A DNA stretch of 27,762 nucleotides, from contig NZ_JAAHGU010000008.1 in NCBI RefSeq assembly GCF_010692685.1, forward strand, positions 233,619-261,380, given 5' to 3'. This stretch comes from Okeania sp. SIO2F5. GTDB lineage: Bacteria; Cyanobacteriota; Cyanobacteriia; Cyanobacteriales; Microcoleaceae. The notes under the pieces are model-generated. The model saw only the letters and a list, made by a program, of their open reading frames with translations. It had not been told where the DNA came from and did not search any database. This document shows, piece by piece, positions 17,098 to 26,041 of this stretch. Each line of letters opens with the position of its first letter. Within the stretch, counting starts at the first letter, position 1. The position numbers and the translations under genes were made by a program.

Positions 17098-17939
17098 ACT
17101 CCTGACTTGCGCTACGCGCTATAGCTGACATCATTAGGTAATTTATCCTAAGTTCAATCAATACTATTACAGTTGCACCGACTGCCGATATTGAGTGTCT
17201 GGAATTTACATCTTACATTTATGTACTATTTGTCAATAGCTAGAATTACTTAGGCATTTATACTTGTTCAAAATTTGTTTTTTTGAAGTTATCTGACTCT
17301 GCTGAAAATTACCAGATTTGAGATGCAATTAACGTAAATACAAGGTTGTAGCTTTCTTGAAAAGGTCTTTTTTTTGATTTAAATATAACATTGGCATCAT
17401 ATCTTAATGTACAGAGTATGATACAAATCGCTGAAATAACGCAAGTTCGTGAAATATTTTGTAATAATTAGCGAAAAATGAGGCAATTTTGATTAATATA
17501 AATAATATTAAAAATAAATTTAATTAGTATAAATTATGTAAAAGGGTGACAATTTAGTTTTGTTTTTGAAATGAATTTTGCCCTCCCTTGGAGACAGTAG
17601 AACAGAAAGTAATGATAATTTTCTGATTACTTTGTCATACTCTAATTAGTTGGAGCGATCGCTACAGCAGAAGAATTCAAATTGTCAGAAATCAGAAGTG
17701 TGTTTGTGCAGCATTCGGACCGAAAGGCAGAAAGGAAAATTGCTTATGGATAGTCAATGACCGATCACCTTAATATCTTAATAACCCCAAACAATTTTCA
17801 GCACCCCCGTTGACTATGGGTGATTAAACCCGTAAAAGAAAAGATAATTTATGCAAATTATACAGTCATTCAATAATAGTAAATTAACTATTATCCACAT
17901 CCTCAAAAAGTGCATCTAAATCTTGATATCCACTCACCA

Positions 17940-18690
17940 CTTTCTAATTCTTTCTTCTCCTAAATTTAGCAGGCTTAAATGGAGTTGCTTGCCTATACGC
18001 ATGACTTTTTATTCAATTAATTTTCCTTACTCAAAGGCGATGAACTATTCAGGATTTTTTTCCCAGAAGCAATACCACCAAGATTTTCATTCTCTGAAGC
18101 TCAAGAACTACTTACTTATTTCTTCTCTAATCAAATCTTTCCATCCATGGCAATTGAGTGAAAAATTACCAAGATTTTCATTCTCTGAAGCTCCGAAAAA
18201 AAATCGCGACTCAAAGGAATTTCCGGTTGCATCCTCACAAAAATTCTGATATCATCAGATTTAAATGGGGCTGTTCGTCTATGCGCATGACTTTTTATTC
18301 AACAAAATTCCCTTGCTTAGAGGCGATGAACTATTTAGGAATTTTTTCCCTGAAGCAATACCACCAAGATTTTCATTCTCTGAAGCTACCTGAAGAATAC
18401 TGATTTTTCCCTCATCAAATCTTTCCATCTATTGGGACTTAAACAAAATAGAGCCAGAAAATAGGCTTAAATATAGACGGGCAAAGGCTTTTACGTCAAA
18501 AAGGTATAAATCCTGAATTACCAAAGGTTCTAGCCATTTTTAGGGAATCGACGTAATTCCCTTGTCTAGAGTGGCTTTGACGCATTTTTTCGACCAGAAA
18601 ATGTTTAAGTACCACTATGACGATTGAGTGGAAAATCACCAATTTTTTTTTCATTCTCGGAAGCTCCTCCAGAAAAAATCGCGACATCCC
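17940..18690. repeat. Repeat block: two ~135-bp copies at 287-bp spacing (17975-18110 and 18262-18395) plus two partial copies (18168-18215 and 18636-18690, the latter inverted in part). It contains the recurring core ccaagattttcattctctgaagct.
   Basis: ttaaatgg(a/g)g(t/c)tg(c/t)t(t/c)g(c/t)ctat(a/g)cgcatgactttttattcaa...aggcgatgaactatt...gaagcaataccaccaagattttcattctctgaagct occurs twice. The three six-frame ORFs here are translations of the repeats. Confidence 0.75.
18481..18592 (-). mobile_element. MITE-like element F, minus orientation. Other copies are at 23120..23290 (+) and a split copy at 22262..22700.
   Basis: Reverse complement gcgtcaaagccactctagacaagggaattacgtcgattccctaaaaatggctagaacctttggtaattcaggatttatacctttttgacgtaaaagcc matches the other copies. 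Confidence 0.6.
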
Positions 18691-18804
18691 GTTAGCAGAG
18701 ATTATCCGTTAGGATAAACCCAACATTAGTAAGGTTTTGTTGGGTTGAACGGTAGTGAAACCCAACCTACTAAACTCTGACTTTTGACTTTTGACTTGTC
18801 CTAT

Positions 18805-19428
18805 ATGAGCAATCTTTCTTACAGTAAATTCACATTGGAAATAGCCAAGACAAATTTTGAATTAACCTTAGAAGAAAATCAAGATTTATTCGCCCAAATT
18901 AAACCAGTTAAACCTTCTGAAATTCTCACAACTATCTTACGAGAATATATTCCATTAGCAACAGCTATTAATACAGAAAAAGCTCGTTCTGAACTATTAA
19001 TTTCTCAAATTTTAGCTGATGTGAGACGGCAATTAAATTATCGAATTAGTCTTTTTTCAGGAACAGAATTTAACGTAGAAGCAGAATTAGGATTACAAGG
19101 ATATTGTGATTTTTTGCTCAGTTTTTCCTCCGAACAATATTTCATTACAGCTCCAGTGATTATCATTGTTGAAGCTAAAAATGAAAATATTATTCGTGGG
19201 TTAGGACAATGTGTTGCTAGTATGGTTGGAGCGCAATTATTTAATCAGCGAGCTGATAATCCAGTTAAGGTTATTTATGGCGCAGTTACAACTGGAACAA
19301 ATTGGAAGTTTTTAACACTTGAAGAAAAAATTGTGTGTATAGATGCAGTGGAATATTACGTCAAAGAAGTTGATAAAATTTTAGGAATTATTTTACAGCC
19401 ATTTCGAGAATATCGAGAAAATTCTTGA
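18805..19428 (+). CDS. Hypothetical protein (207 aa) with a possible PD-(D/E)xK nuclease-like core (GYCDFLL ... VIIIVEAKNE)
   Basis: The ORF as listed starts with TTG at 18784. The first ATG is at 18805 (MSNLSYSKF). The D...E-x-K spacing is suggestive only. Confidence 0.55.
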   Translation: MSNLSYSKFTLEIAKTNFELTLEENQDLFAQIKPVKPSEILTTILREYIPLATAINTEKARSELLISQILADVRRQLNYRISLFSGTEFNVEAELGLQGYCDFLLSFSSEQYFITAPVIIIVEAKNENIIRGLGQCVASMVGAQLFNQRADNPVKVIYGAVTTGTNWKFLTLEEKIVCIDAVEYYVKEVDKILGIILQPFREYRENS

Positions 19429-19598
19429 ATGCTTAATCCCTAGATTTTCTTAAATCCATCCCTACATCTATAAACCTAAATCCTTAAATAAATATAAAGT
19501 ATTTCAGTAATGAAAGCCTGGTGTAATTAAGATATTTAATCAAAAATTTTTAATTCTTATCACATTTAGGTTTAACCACAGTAAAGGAAGGGCTAGAA

Positions 19599-20138
19599 AT
19601 GAAAATTATACAAAGTCGCATAGCAAAGGTTTTACTTGCAAGTATTATCGCTCTCTTAACAATTTTTACATCTGTTGTGAATCCTCAAGGTATCTCTGGT
19701 GTTCTATTTGCTCAGAAACCCAATGGAGAATTGTCATACTATAGCTATAGTGGTTTGCCAGACCGTAATAACTTTAACAACAATGGTAATGAAAGGGTAA
19801 TATCTAGCGGTTGGAATATTTACAGCAAGATTTTTTCAGGAGGTTCTGGTGTTCTATTTGCTCAGAAATCCAATGGAGAATTGTCATACTATAGCTATAG
19901 TGGTTTGCCAGACCGTAATAACTTTAACAACAATGGTAATGAAAGGGTAATATCTAGCGGTTGGAATATTTACAGCAAGATTTTTTCAGGAGGTTCTGGT
20001 GTTCTATTTGCTCAGAAACCTAATGGAGAATTATCATACTATAACTATAGTGGCTCGCCAGACCTTAATAACTTCAACAACAATGGTAATGAAAGGGTAA
20101 TATCTAGCGGTTGGAATATTTACAGCAAGATTTTCTAA
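19599..20138 (+). CDS. Small secreted protein: signal peptide plus three near-identical 47-aa tandem repeats (GVLFAQKPNGELSYYSYSGLPDRNNFNNNGNERVISSGWNIYSKIFSGGS)
   Basis: RBS AAGGAAGG 7 nt upstream of the ATG. Hydrophobic N-terminus KVLLASIIALLTIFTSVV. DNA repeats of 141 bp x3 at about 19700-20122 with more than 95% identity. Confidence 0.8.
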   Translation: MKIIQSRIAKVLLASIIALLTIFTSVVNPQGISGVLFAQKPNGELSYYSYSGLPDRNNFNNNGNERVISSGWNIYSKIFSGGSGVLFAQKSNGELSYYSYSGLPDRNNFNNNGNERVISSGWNIYSKIFSGGSGVLFAQKPNGELSYYNYSGSPDLNNFNNNGNERVISSGWNIYSKIF

Positions 20139-20351
20139 GGAAGAATATCCTTTTTTTTCTGGGAATAGGAAATCACTCGCTAATACGCTCCATAGTAGTG
20201 GACTGTTTCATCTAAAGTAGAGAATATTTAGTAAGGTGCGTTTCGGCTAAGAACCGACATGAAACACTGCGTGACATGAAAATGAAATGTAATGCACCAC
20301 CTCTGCCAAATATTTTTATCCTAAATATTTCGGTGCGTTACGCTTCGCTAA

Positions 20352-22172
20352 CTACTGAACTCTAAAATTATTAATTACCTCAATTTTCCTATTTCCTTTT
20401 TCCTCTTTCCTTTTTCCTTCTTCCTTCTTCCCTCTTCCTTCTTCCTTCCTCACACAATTAGCATCCAAAACCAATAAACTATCATTCTCAAAAACAGTAC
20501 AAGTAGATATAGTTGTTGCCAAAGCAGGAATATATCCCAACTGCAAAAAAGTAACCGCATCCTGTGCAGGTTCATATTGCATTAACCAACTATTATCCTC
20601 AATATATTCTGGCGTAAAACTACCACGATGTAACATCCAAAAATCAATTCCATACTTTTGAATAAAATTTTTCACATCTGCTAAATCTGAACTATATTGA
20701 GCAACAATTAAATCTATAGTTCGTTGCCGAAATTGACTGTAATAACCAACTTGATAAGGAATAGCATATTCCCTACCCAACAAAATAGAACGTTGAGCAA
20801 ATGTAGGTAATAAATTTGCCTCTTCCTCCAAAGAAGCAATCAAAATATCTTGAGGTTGTGCTTGAAAAAAGCTATATAAATCTGTAGCTCTACCCACTTT
20901 ATATTTCACCAGAGGAAAGCCTTTAACAAAAGCAGGATATAACACCAGAGATGCCATAATTAAACTCGTTAAAATTAAAGAAATAATACCCTGAAATTTA
21001 ACAGGATATTTTTGTCTATTTTCTGCCCAATTAAACAAAGCATCAATAATTAAAGTCAGAGCGATCGCCGTTGCCAAAGCAATAATTATCCGGAAACTTA
21101 ATCCTGTATATCTACTCGGAAGATGCAACCGAAAAAGTAAGGCATGAGCAATGAAAAACATTGCCAAAGATGACAGTAATAGATGTACTAATAACCAAAT
21201 TCTATTAGTAATACTTCTGATTAAAGGAAAAGCAGATTTAAAAGTCAATAAAAACGGCAATAATAATCCTGCACATTGAGTAGCTGGAGTAAATAAAGAC
21301 TTAGGAAACATTCCACTACGTTTGCCAGTTAACCAAAAATCTTTTGGATGAACGTGAAAAAAAGTACTCCTCCCATTTGGATAAAACTCTCTTAATTTCA
21401 TCGCTGCTTCTCGACTAATAGCAGGTCCGAATTCTGAAGAAGTTAAAGCGTAGGGTAATAAAACAAAAAATGCCGTGCTTAAACCAACTCCACAAAATAG
21501 AAAAGTCCGTTTTTCTGATGATAACTGAAACCTCCCATTTTTCCAGTAAATTAGTTGGAAAATTAGAATGCCAGAAGCGATAAATACATATTGAGGATAA
21601 AATAATCCGACCAGAGCAATCGCTATTCCCATTCTGACCAATGAACCTTGGAGTAAATAATATAAAAAAGCCAGAAAAAATGGATAAACAAATGCTCTAG
21701 GTGTAGCAGAAGCAACATCATCTTTCATCCAAATAGCTTGATTCATTACCAAAGCAGCAATAAATCCTGCCATTGGTACTGGTAATATCTCTAAACAGAT
21801 TTGAAAAATATAGTAAGTACAAATTAAACCCAAAATAAAAGGGATAATTTTGGCAAAGATAAACGGGTTAATTCCTATAATTGCTGCACTTTTATAAAGT
21901 AAAGTATATCCTGCTGGAGCTACTGACTGAAAATAATTAGCAATTAAATCATTGGGGAATAAATCTGGATAAAAAAAACGCTGCATCCAAAAAATATGTT
22001 GTCTAGCATCATCTTGAATACTCAGACTACTAGCAAAAGCTTTTTTAAGTGTCATAAAAGCATAAATTGTAGCAAAAGTCATGCTAAGGCTAAACCAAAA
22101 TATCACCCCTTTACAAGATTTTTCATCTACGATAGGGGTAGTTAAAAATTTATGTATATTTGTCATTAACAT
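20352..22172 (-). CDS. Polytopic membrane protein (606 aa, at least 12 predicted TM helices plus a C-terminal soluble domain). Possibly a GT-C-fold glycosyltransferase.
   Basis: ATG start. Long hydrophobic stretches throughout the N-terminal 400 aa. A DD motif (SIQDDARQH) lies in the first predicted extracytoplasmic loop, as in the ArnT/PMT/STT3-type enzymes. The C-terminal tail KEEGRGKKEEGKRKEEKG is encoded by an STRR tract (20390-20450). Confidence 0.7.
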   Translation of the reverse strand: MLMTNIHKFLTTPIVDEKSCKGVIFWFSLSMTFATIYAFMTLKKAFASSLSIQDDARQHIFWMQRFFYPDLFPNDLIANYFQSVAPAGYTLLYKSAAIIGINPFIFAKIIPFILGLICTYYIFQICLEILPVPMAGFIAALVMNQAIWMKDDVASATPRAFVYPFFLAFLYYLLQGSLVRMGIAIALVGLFYPQYVFIASGILIFQLIYWKNGRFQLSSEKRTFLFCGVGLSTAFFVLLPYALTSSEFGPAISREAAMKLREFYPNGRSTFFHVHPKDFWLTGKRSGMFPKSLFTPATQCAGLLLPFLLTFKSAFPLIRSITNRIWLLVHLLLSSLAMFFIAHALLFRLHLPSRYTGLSFRIIIALATAIALTLIIDALFNWAENRQKYPVKFQGIISLILTSLIMASLVLYPAFVKGFPLVKYKVGRATDLYSFFQAQPQDILIASLEEEANLLPTFAQRSILLGREYAIPYQVGYYSQFRQRTIDLIVAQYSSDLADVKNFIQKYGIDFWMLHRGSFTPEYIEDNSWLMQYEPAQDAVTFLQLGYIPALATTISTCTVFENDSLLVLDANCVRKEEGRGKKEEGKRKEEKGNRKIEVINNFRVQ

Positions 22173-22261
22173 ATAATCAAGAATTGATTGAATAGGCAGA
22201 TTTTAACAGATATTTAAAATAATTTTTTATACTATTGGGACTTAAACATTTTATGATCAAA

Positions 22262-22700
22262 AAATGGCTGATAGTCAGTCTAGATAAGGGAATTACGTCA
22301 ATGCCATAAAAATTCCTAGAACCCTTGTTCATTAATGGATAATTGATAATTACCTTTGGTTAAAACCGAGAGGATTGAATATCAGGAAATATTATTTTTT
22401 CTCTTGTTCGATTGGATATGGCGAGGAGACCCGTTCTTGCAGACTCGCTCCGCTGTTAGCGTTTGCGGTAGCATTCCGGAATGGAAAGCTTTGCGGTAGC
22501 AAACGCCATCCCACCCTACGGGAAGCTCCGCTAACGACCACTTTTTTTTCCTTTAAAATGGGAAGCTTTAAACCAGAATTATTTAATTATTAATAATTAA
22601 TAATTAATTATTAATTATTAATTATTCGGTAATTAAGGATTTATACCTTTTTGACATCAAAGCCTCTTTCTGTATATGCTTGAGACTATTTTACAACTCG
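22262..22700 (+). mobile_element. Nested insertion: a MITE F copy (22262-22334 and 22629-22700) split by a ~294-bp composite element (E-like head, C-like core with an added hairpin, and a taattaataat tail)
   Basis: An uninterrupted F copy at 23168-23287 reads ...ggaacccttggtagtcaaagaattatacctttttgacg.... Here, ...agaacccttgttcatt and gtaattaaggatttatacctttttgac are separated by 22335-22628. Confidence 0.65.
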
Positions 22701-23530
22701 ATTTTGTATAATTACCACTATAAAAATTATCATACTGGTAAGTTACAGTATTCTGGTTTTCAGAGAACATTATCCCGGAAATATTAGCTGAAATAAAAAT
22801 ACAAAAACCATACTTTAAACAGGTTAAAATGCTATATTAATACCGCATCAATTGCTTTATAAAGCTTTAAAAAAAACAGGCTTATCTGATTTTAATTGGT
22901 AAATTATAATGGTTGAATAGATTCAAAAAAAATTGATGTATTGAAATATATTATAAATTTTATTATGATTAATTTAAGATTTTTAAAAGCAAAAAAACAG
23001 TATAATTTAAATTTAAAAATAGAACTAAAAATGCAATCAATTTATTTTTTTGCAGTTCTAAATATGTAATAATATTATTCGCTAAATTCCTTGAATTATT
23101 AGTGGTACTTACACATTTTCTGGTCAAAAAATGCCTATTTGCGTAGCATTCCGCAGGAAGAGTCTGTCTGCATAAGGAAATTACGTCAATGTCCTAAAAA
23201 TGCCTGGAACCCTTGGTAGTCAAAGAATTATACCTTTTTGACGTGAAGCTCTCTATCTGTATATATTTGAGACTATTTTATCACTCTACGAGCGTGTAAG
23301 TCCCATGACGAAGATATACAAGAAAAATAATTACTTGTTTAGCACTATCTAATTTGTTGATGACAAAAATCTAGTAAAAAATATGTTGATTATAACTAAC
23401 GATAACTCCATTAAGTTATATGTAATTTTCTACACCATACTGTATGGCCAACGCCAGGTCTATCATCAAAATTTATTGTGATATCATCAGACTCATAACA
23501 TTTACTTAATAAGCAACTTTAAGACCTTTA

Positions 23531-23923
23531 ATGGAACCACCAATTGAAAGAATACGACTTTCTCAAACAGCTAAAGATCAGTTAACTAAGCTGAAACGTA
23601 ATACCAAAATAGACCAATGGAATATTCTTTGTCGTTGGGCATTTTGTTGCTCTTTAGCAGAATCAAGCATTCCCTCTCTAGTACCAACCCCTGCTGATAG
23701 TAATTTAGAATTAACATGGAGAATTTTCGGTGGAGAATTTTCTGACATCTTTTTATTAGCTCTAAAGCAACGTTGTTATAATGATCAAATAGGCATAGAA
23801 AGAGAAACTTTGGCCACTCAGTTTCGCCTACACTTGCATCGAGGTATTGGATATTTAGCTGGTAACCCAAATATCAAAAGGATAGAAGACTTAATTGCAA
23901 CTGTGATTCCTTCTCTCGACTAA
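23531..23923 (+). CDS. Small protein (130 aa), possibly a DndE-like family member
   Basis: ATG start. The N-terminal IRLSQTAKDQLTKLKRNTKIDQWNILCRWAFCCSL resembles my recollection of the DndE-family N-terminal motif (RLS..AKDQL..LKRRTGI.NWNVLCRWA). No other dnd genes are present. Confidence 0.5.
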   Translation: MEPPIERIRLSQTAKDQLTKLKRNTKIDQWNILCRWAFCCSLAESSIPSLVPTPADSNLELTWRIFGGEFSDIFLLALKQRCYNDQIGIERETLATQFRLHLHRGIGYLAGNPNIKRIEDLIATVIPSLD

Positions 23924-23983
23924 ATTTTAACTCTAAACATTTAATATTTAGATATCTCTTGTTATGTAGAGTAAATATAATTT

Positions 23984-24003
23984 ATGTAACTAAATTGTTA
24001 CAT
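23984..24003. promoter_or_regulatory. Perfect inverted repeat ATGTAAC-N6-GTTACAT about 150 bp upstream of the ComFB-family gene
   Basis: atgtaactaaattgttacat. A candidate operator for a dimeric regulator. The GTA...TAC half-sites are 10 nt apart, not 8, so this is not a canonical NtcA site. Confidence 0.3.
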
Positions 24004-24154
24004 CAAATTGTAAATAAATAATAGAAGAAGTTGAGTCAATACAAGTAATTAACTAAGTTAACTAAGTTAATATTATAGAAGCATTCTTATCCTAAAGTTG
24101 GAGGTACAACAGCTAGGTAGGTTAAATATTGGAACAATAAAAAGGAGATATGCA

Positions 24155-24583
24155 ATGATTCATGCTAACTCTAAAAAGAAATATCTAAATGTCATGGAAG
24201 ATATGGTAGCACAGGAAGTAAATCGCCAAATTACCTTATTACCTCAAAAGTTAGCGAAATATATTAAGCGAGTTGATGTAGAAACTTATGCGCTGAATCG
24301 TCTCCCACCCTTATATGCTTCTAGTCAGGAAGGCTGGAAGTTTCAAACAAAAAAAGCACAAGAAGATTATAGAAAGGAGATTGTGGTAGTAGTACGTCAT
24401 GCTTTTGCAGCAGTACAAAGAGACTTGTTGAAAAGCTCAACTCCTCTATTTACAGAGGAAACCAAAAAAGTATCCTCCTTAGTAACAAAAGCAGGAGGAT
24501 CTACGGCAGAAAATAAAGAAAGCAGTAAAAATTATAATTGGAATCATAGTCAGTACTATAACTTAGGGAGTTCTAGAAAATAA
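24155..24583 (+). CDS. ComFB-family protein (a cyclic-dinucleotide-binding family in cyanobacteria, e.g. CdgR/Slr1970)
   Basis: RBS AAGGAGA 6 nt upstream of the ATG (MIHANS...). VMEDMVAQEVNRQITLLPQKLAKYIKRVDVETYALNRLPPLYASSQEGW matches the conserved ComFB core. The ORF as listed is extended upstream by a TTG. Confidence 0.7.
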   Translation: MIHANSKKKYLNVMEDMVAQEVNRQITLLPQKLAKYIKRVDVETYALNRLPPLYASSQEGWKFQTKKAQEDYRKEIVVVVRHAFAAVQRDLLKSSTPLFTEETKKVSSLVTKAGGSTAENKESSKNYNWNHSQYYNLGSSRK

Positions 24584-24609
24584 GTAGGGTTTGCGTATGG
24601 AAAGTCTTT

Positions 24610-24830
24610 TGGTAGAGCTAGGAGTCAGGAAGACCTCCTCAGAAGTCAGGAGAAATGGGAATTATAGAGGGGGTAGTCGGAAAAATTGTCCCTTGATTTT
24701 TCTGCCATAATCGTCCTAAAATACTAACTTTATGCAGCTCTTTCCACCGAAAAGCTTATACTTTTTTAGACAAAAAAATGCTACAACCTTTATCTGTCAA
24801 TGCTTTGATTTTTAATCAGCAAGCCCTAAG
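24610..24830 (+). mobile_element. Second copy of MITE-like element B
   Basis: Aligns with 3160-3370. Confidence 0.65.
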
Positions 24831-24939
24831 TATATTGTGAAATGGCTATTACCAACTTAACCATTAGCCATTTAGCCAATTTTTTTCTTAAATTTTTCTC
24901 GCAAGATCGAGATAGATAGCTAAAACATTCTTACTTCTG

Positions 24940-25752
24940 CTATAATAAAGGGAAAAAATGTCCTACTGGCCCTTGACCAAGACCAATTTCTAAAGCATAC
25001 TCCAAAGCATTTGTGACATAATCCTTCGCCAATTTAACTGCAGAAAATAAATCTTTCCCTTGAGCTAAATTAGCAGCTATAGCTGCCGAGAGAGTACAAC
25101 CAGTGCCATGAGTATTATTAGTCTCCACCGTAGCAGTCCTTAAAATTTCAAACTGCGCTCCATCAAACCAAACATCTACTCCTAGTAACTCATTCTTCAT
25201 GGCTCCCCCCTTGACTAAAACTGTTTTTGCTCCTAGCCTGTGAATTTCCTGAGCAGCCATCTGCATATCATCTAGGTTATTAATCTCTAAACCCGTAAAA
25301 ATCTCTGCCTCATAAATGTTAGGAGTAACAATAGTCGCCTTAGGCAGCAAAACATTCTGTAGAGCTTCCACAGCCAAATCATCAATCAACTGAACACCTG
25401 CACGGGAGACCATCACTGGGTCTATTACTAATTTATTTAAATTTAAAGCTTCTATCTCTTCAGCTACGGCCAAGATAATTTCCTGACTCAATAACATTCC
25501 GGTCTTAGTTGCTTGTACGCCTATATCCGTAAAAACAACTTGAATTTGTGCTTTTACCGCTTCTGGGGACAAAGCGTCAACCCTATTTACTCCCAAAGTA
25601 TTTTGAGCAGTAATACAAGTCAAAGCACTCGTACCATGAACACAATGAAAAGCAAAAGTACGCAGGTCTGCCTGAATACCCGCTCCACCACCACTATCAG
25701 ATCCAGCAATAGTCAAAGCAACAGGAATACTTGATACCTTTAAATTATTCAT
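24940..25752 (-). CDS. thiD: Hydroxymethylpyrimidine/phosphomethylpyrimidine kinase
   Basis: VALTIAGSDSGGGAGIQADLRTF...TCITAQNTLGV and a C-terminal GTGCTLSAAIAANLAQG motif. 270 aa, ATG start. Confidence 0.9.
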   Translation of the reverse strand: MNNLKVSSIPVALTIAGSDSGGGAGIQADLRTFAFHCVHGTSALTCITAQNTLGVNRVDALSPEAVKAQIQVVFTDIGVQATKTGMLLSQEIILAVAEEIEALNLNKLVIDPVMVSRAGVQLIDDLAVEALQNVLLPKATIVTPNIYEAEIFTGLEINNLDDMQMAAQEIHRLGAKTVLVKGGAMKNELLGVDVWFDGAQFEILRTATVETNNTHGTGCTLSAAIAANLAQGKDLFSAVKLAKDYVTNALEYALEIGLGQGPVGHFFPLL

Positions 25753-26041
25753 AATATCAAATTTAGTAGTCAGTAGTCAATAGTCTGTAGTTATTTTTAA
25801 ATAAATAGAACTTATGCACAAATACTGCATAACATTTATAAACTATAGTTAAACCTATAGTGCCACACTATATAAACCTGTTAACCACTAAAGAATGCCT
25901 AAATTTACCTCTAACTAAACTACTATTAACTTAATCAACTTCTTTAAATTGCACTGCCGTGCAAGGCCAACAAATTTGATATAACAATTAATAGAATTGA
26001 CCTGGATGTCAATATCAAGAAAATTCCCTTGCTTTAACCAT

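Noticed and set aside
17923-18687. Three ORFs (108, 81 and 63 aa) in the 17.9-18.7 kb region
   Set aside because: Each is a translation of the 135-bp repeat units, for example the recurring QDFHSLKL from ccaagattttcattctctgaagct. It is the repeat that is conserved, not a reading frame.
17940-18690. Possible CRISPR array
   Set aside because: The repeat units are about 135 bp and the intervening segments about 150 bp and partly similar to each other. There are no short (24-48 bp) exact direct repeats with unique spacers, and no cas genes in the window.
20160-20345. Possible gene or terminator between the convergent 19599..20138 and 20352..22172 genes
   Set aside because: No ORF is present. 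Short hairpins (gtttcggctaagaaccgac…gaaac) could serve as a bidirectional terminator, but there is no U-tract and no clear stem longer than 5-6 bp, so the region was left unannotated.
22375-22593. 72-aa ORF
   Set aside because: It lies entirely within the nested MITE insert. The Cys/Arg-rich translation comes from a hairpin-forming element.
23586-23870. 94-aa minus-strand ORF overlapping the DndE-like ORF
   Set aside because: It is the shorter of two mutually exclusive overlapping frames. The plus-strand ORF has an ATG start and a family-like N-terminal motif, which this one lacks.
23984-24003. NtcA binding site (GTA-N8-TAC)
   Set aside because: The GTA and TAC triplets are separated by 10 nt, not 8. 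I treat it as an uncharacterised palindrome and not as an NtcA box.
25513-25734. 73-aa plus-strand ORF inside thiD
   Set aside because: Antisense to a full-length ThiD. It is a low-complexity Ser/Thr/Asn translation.
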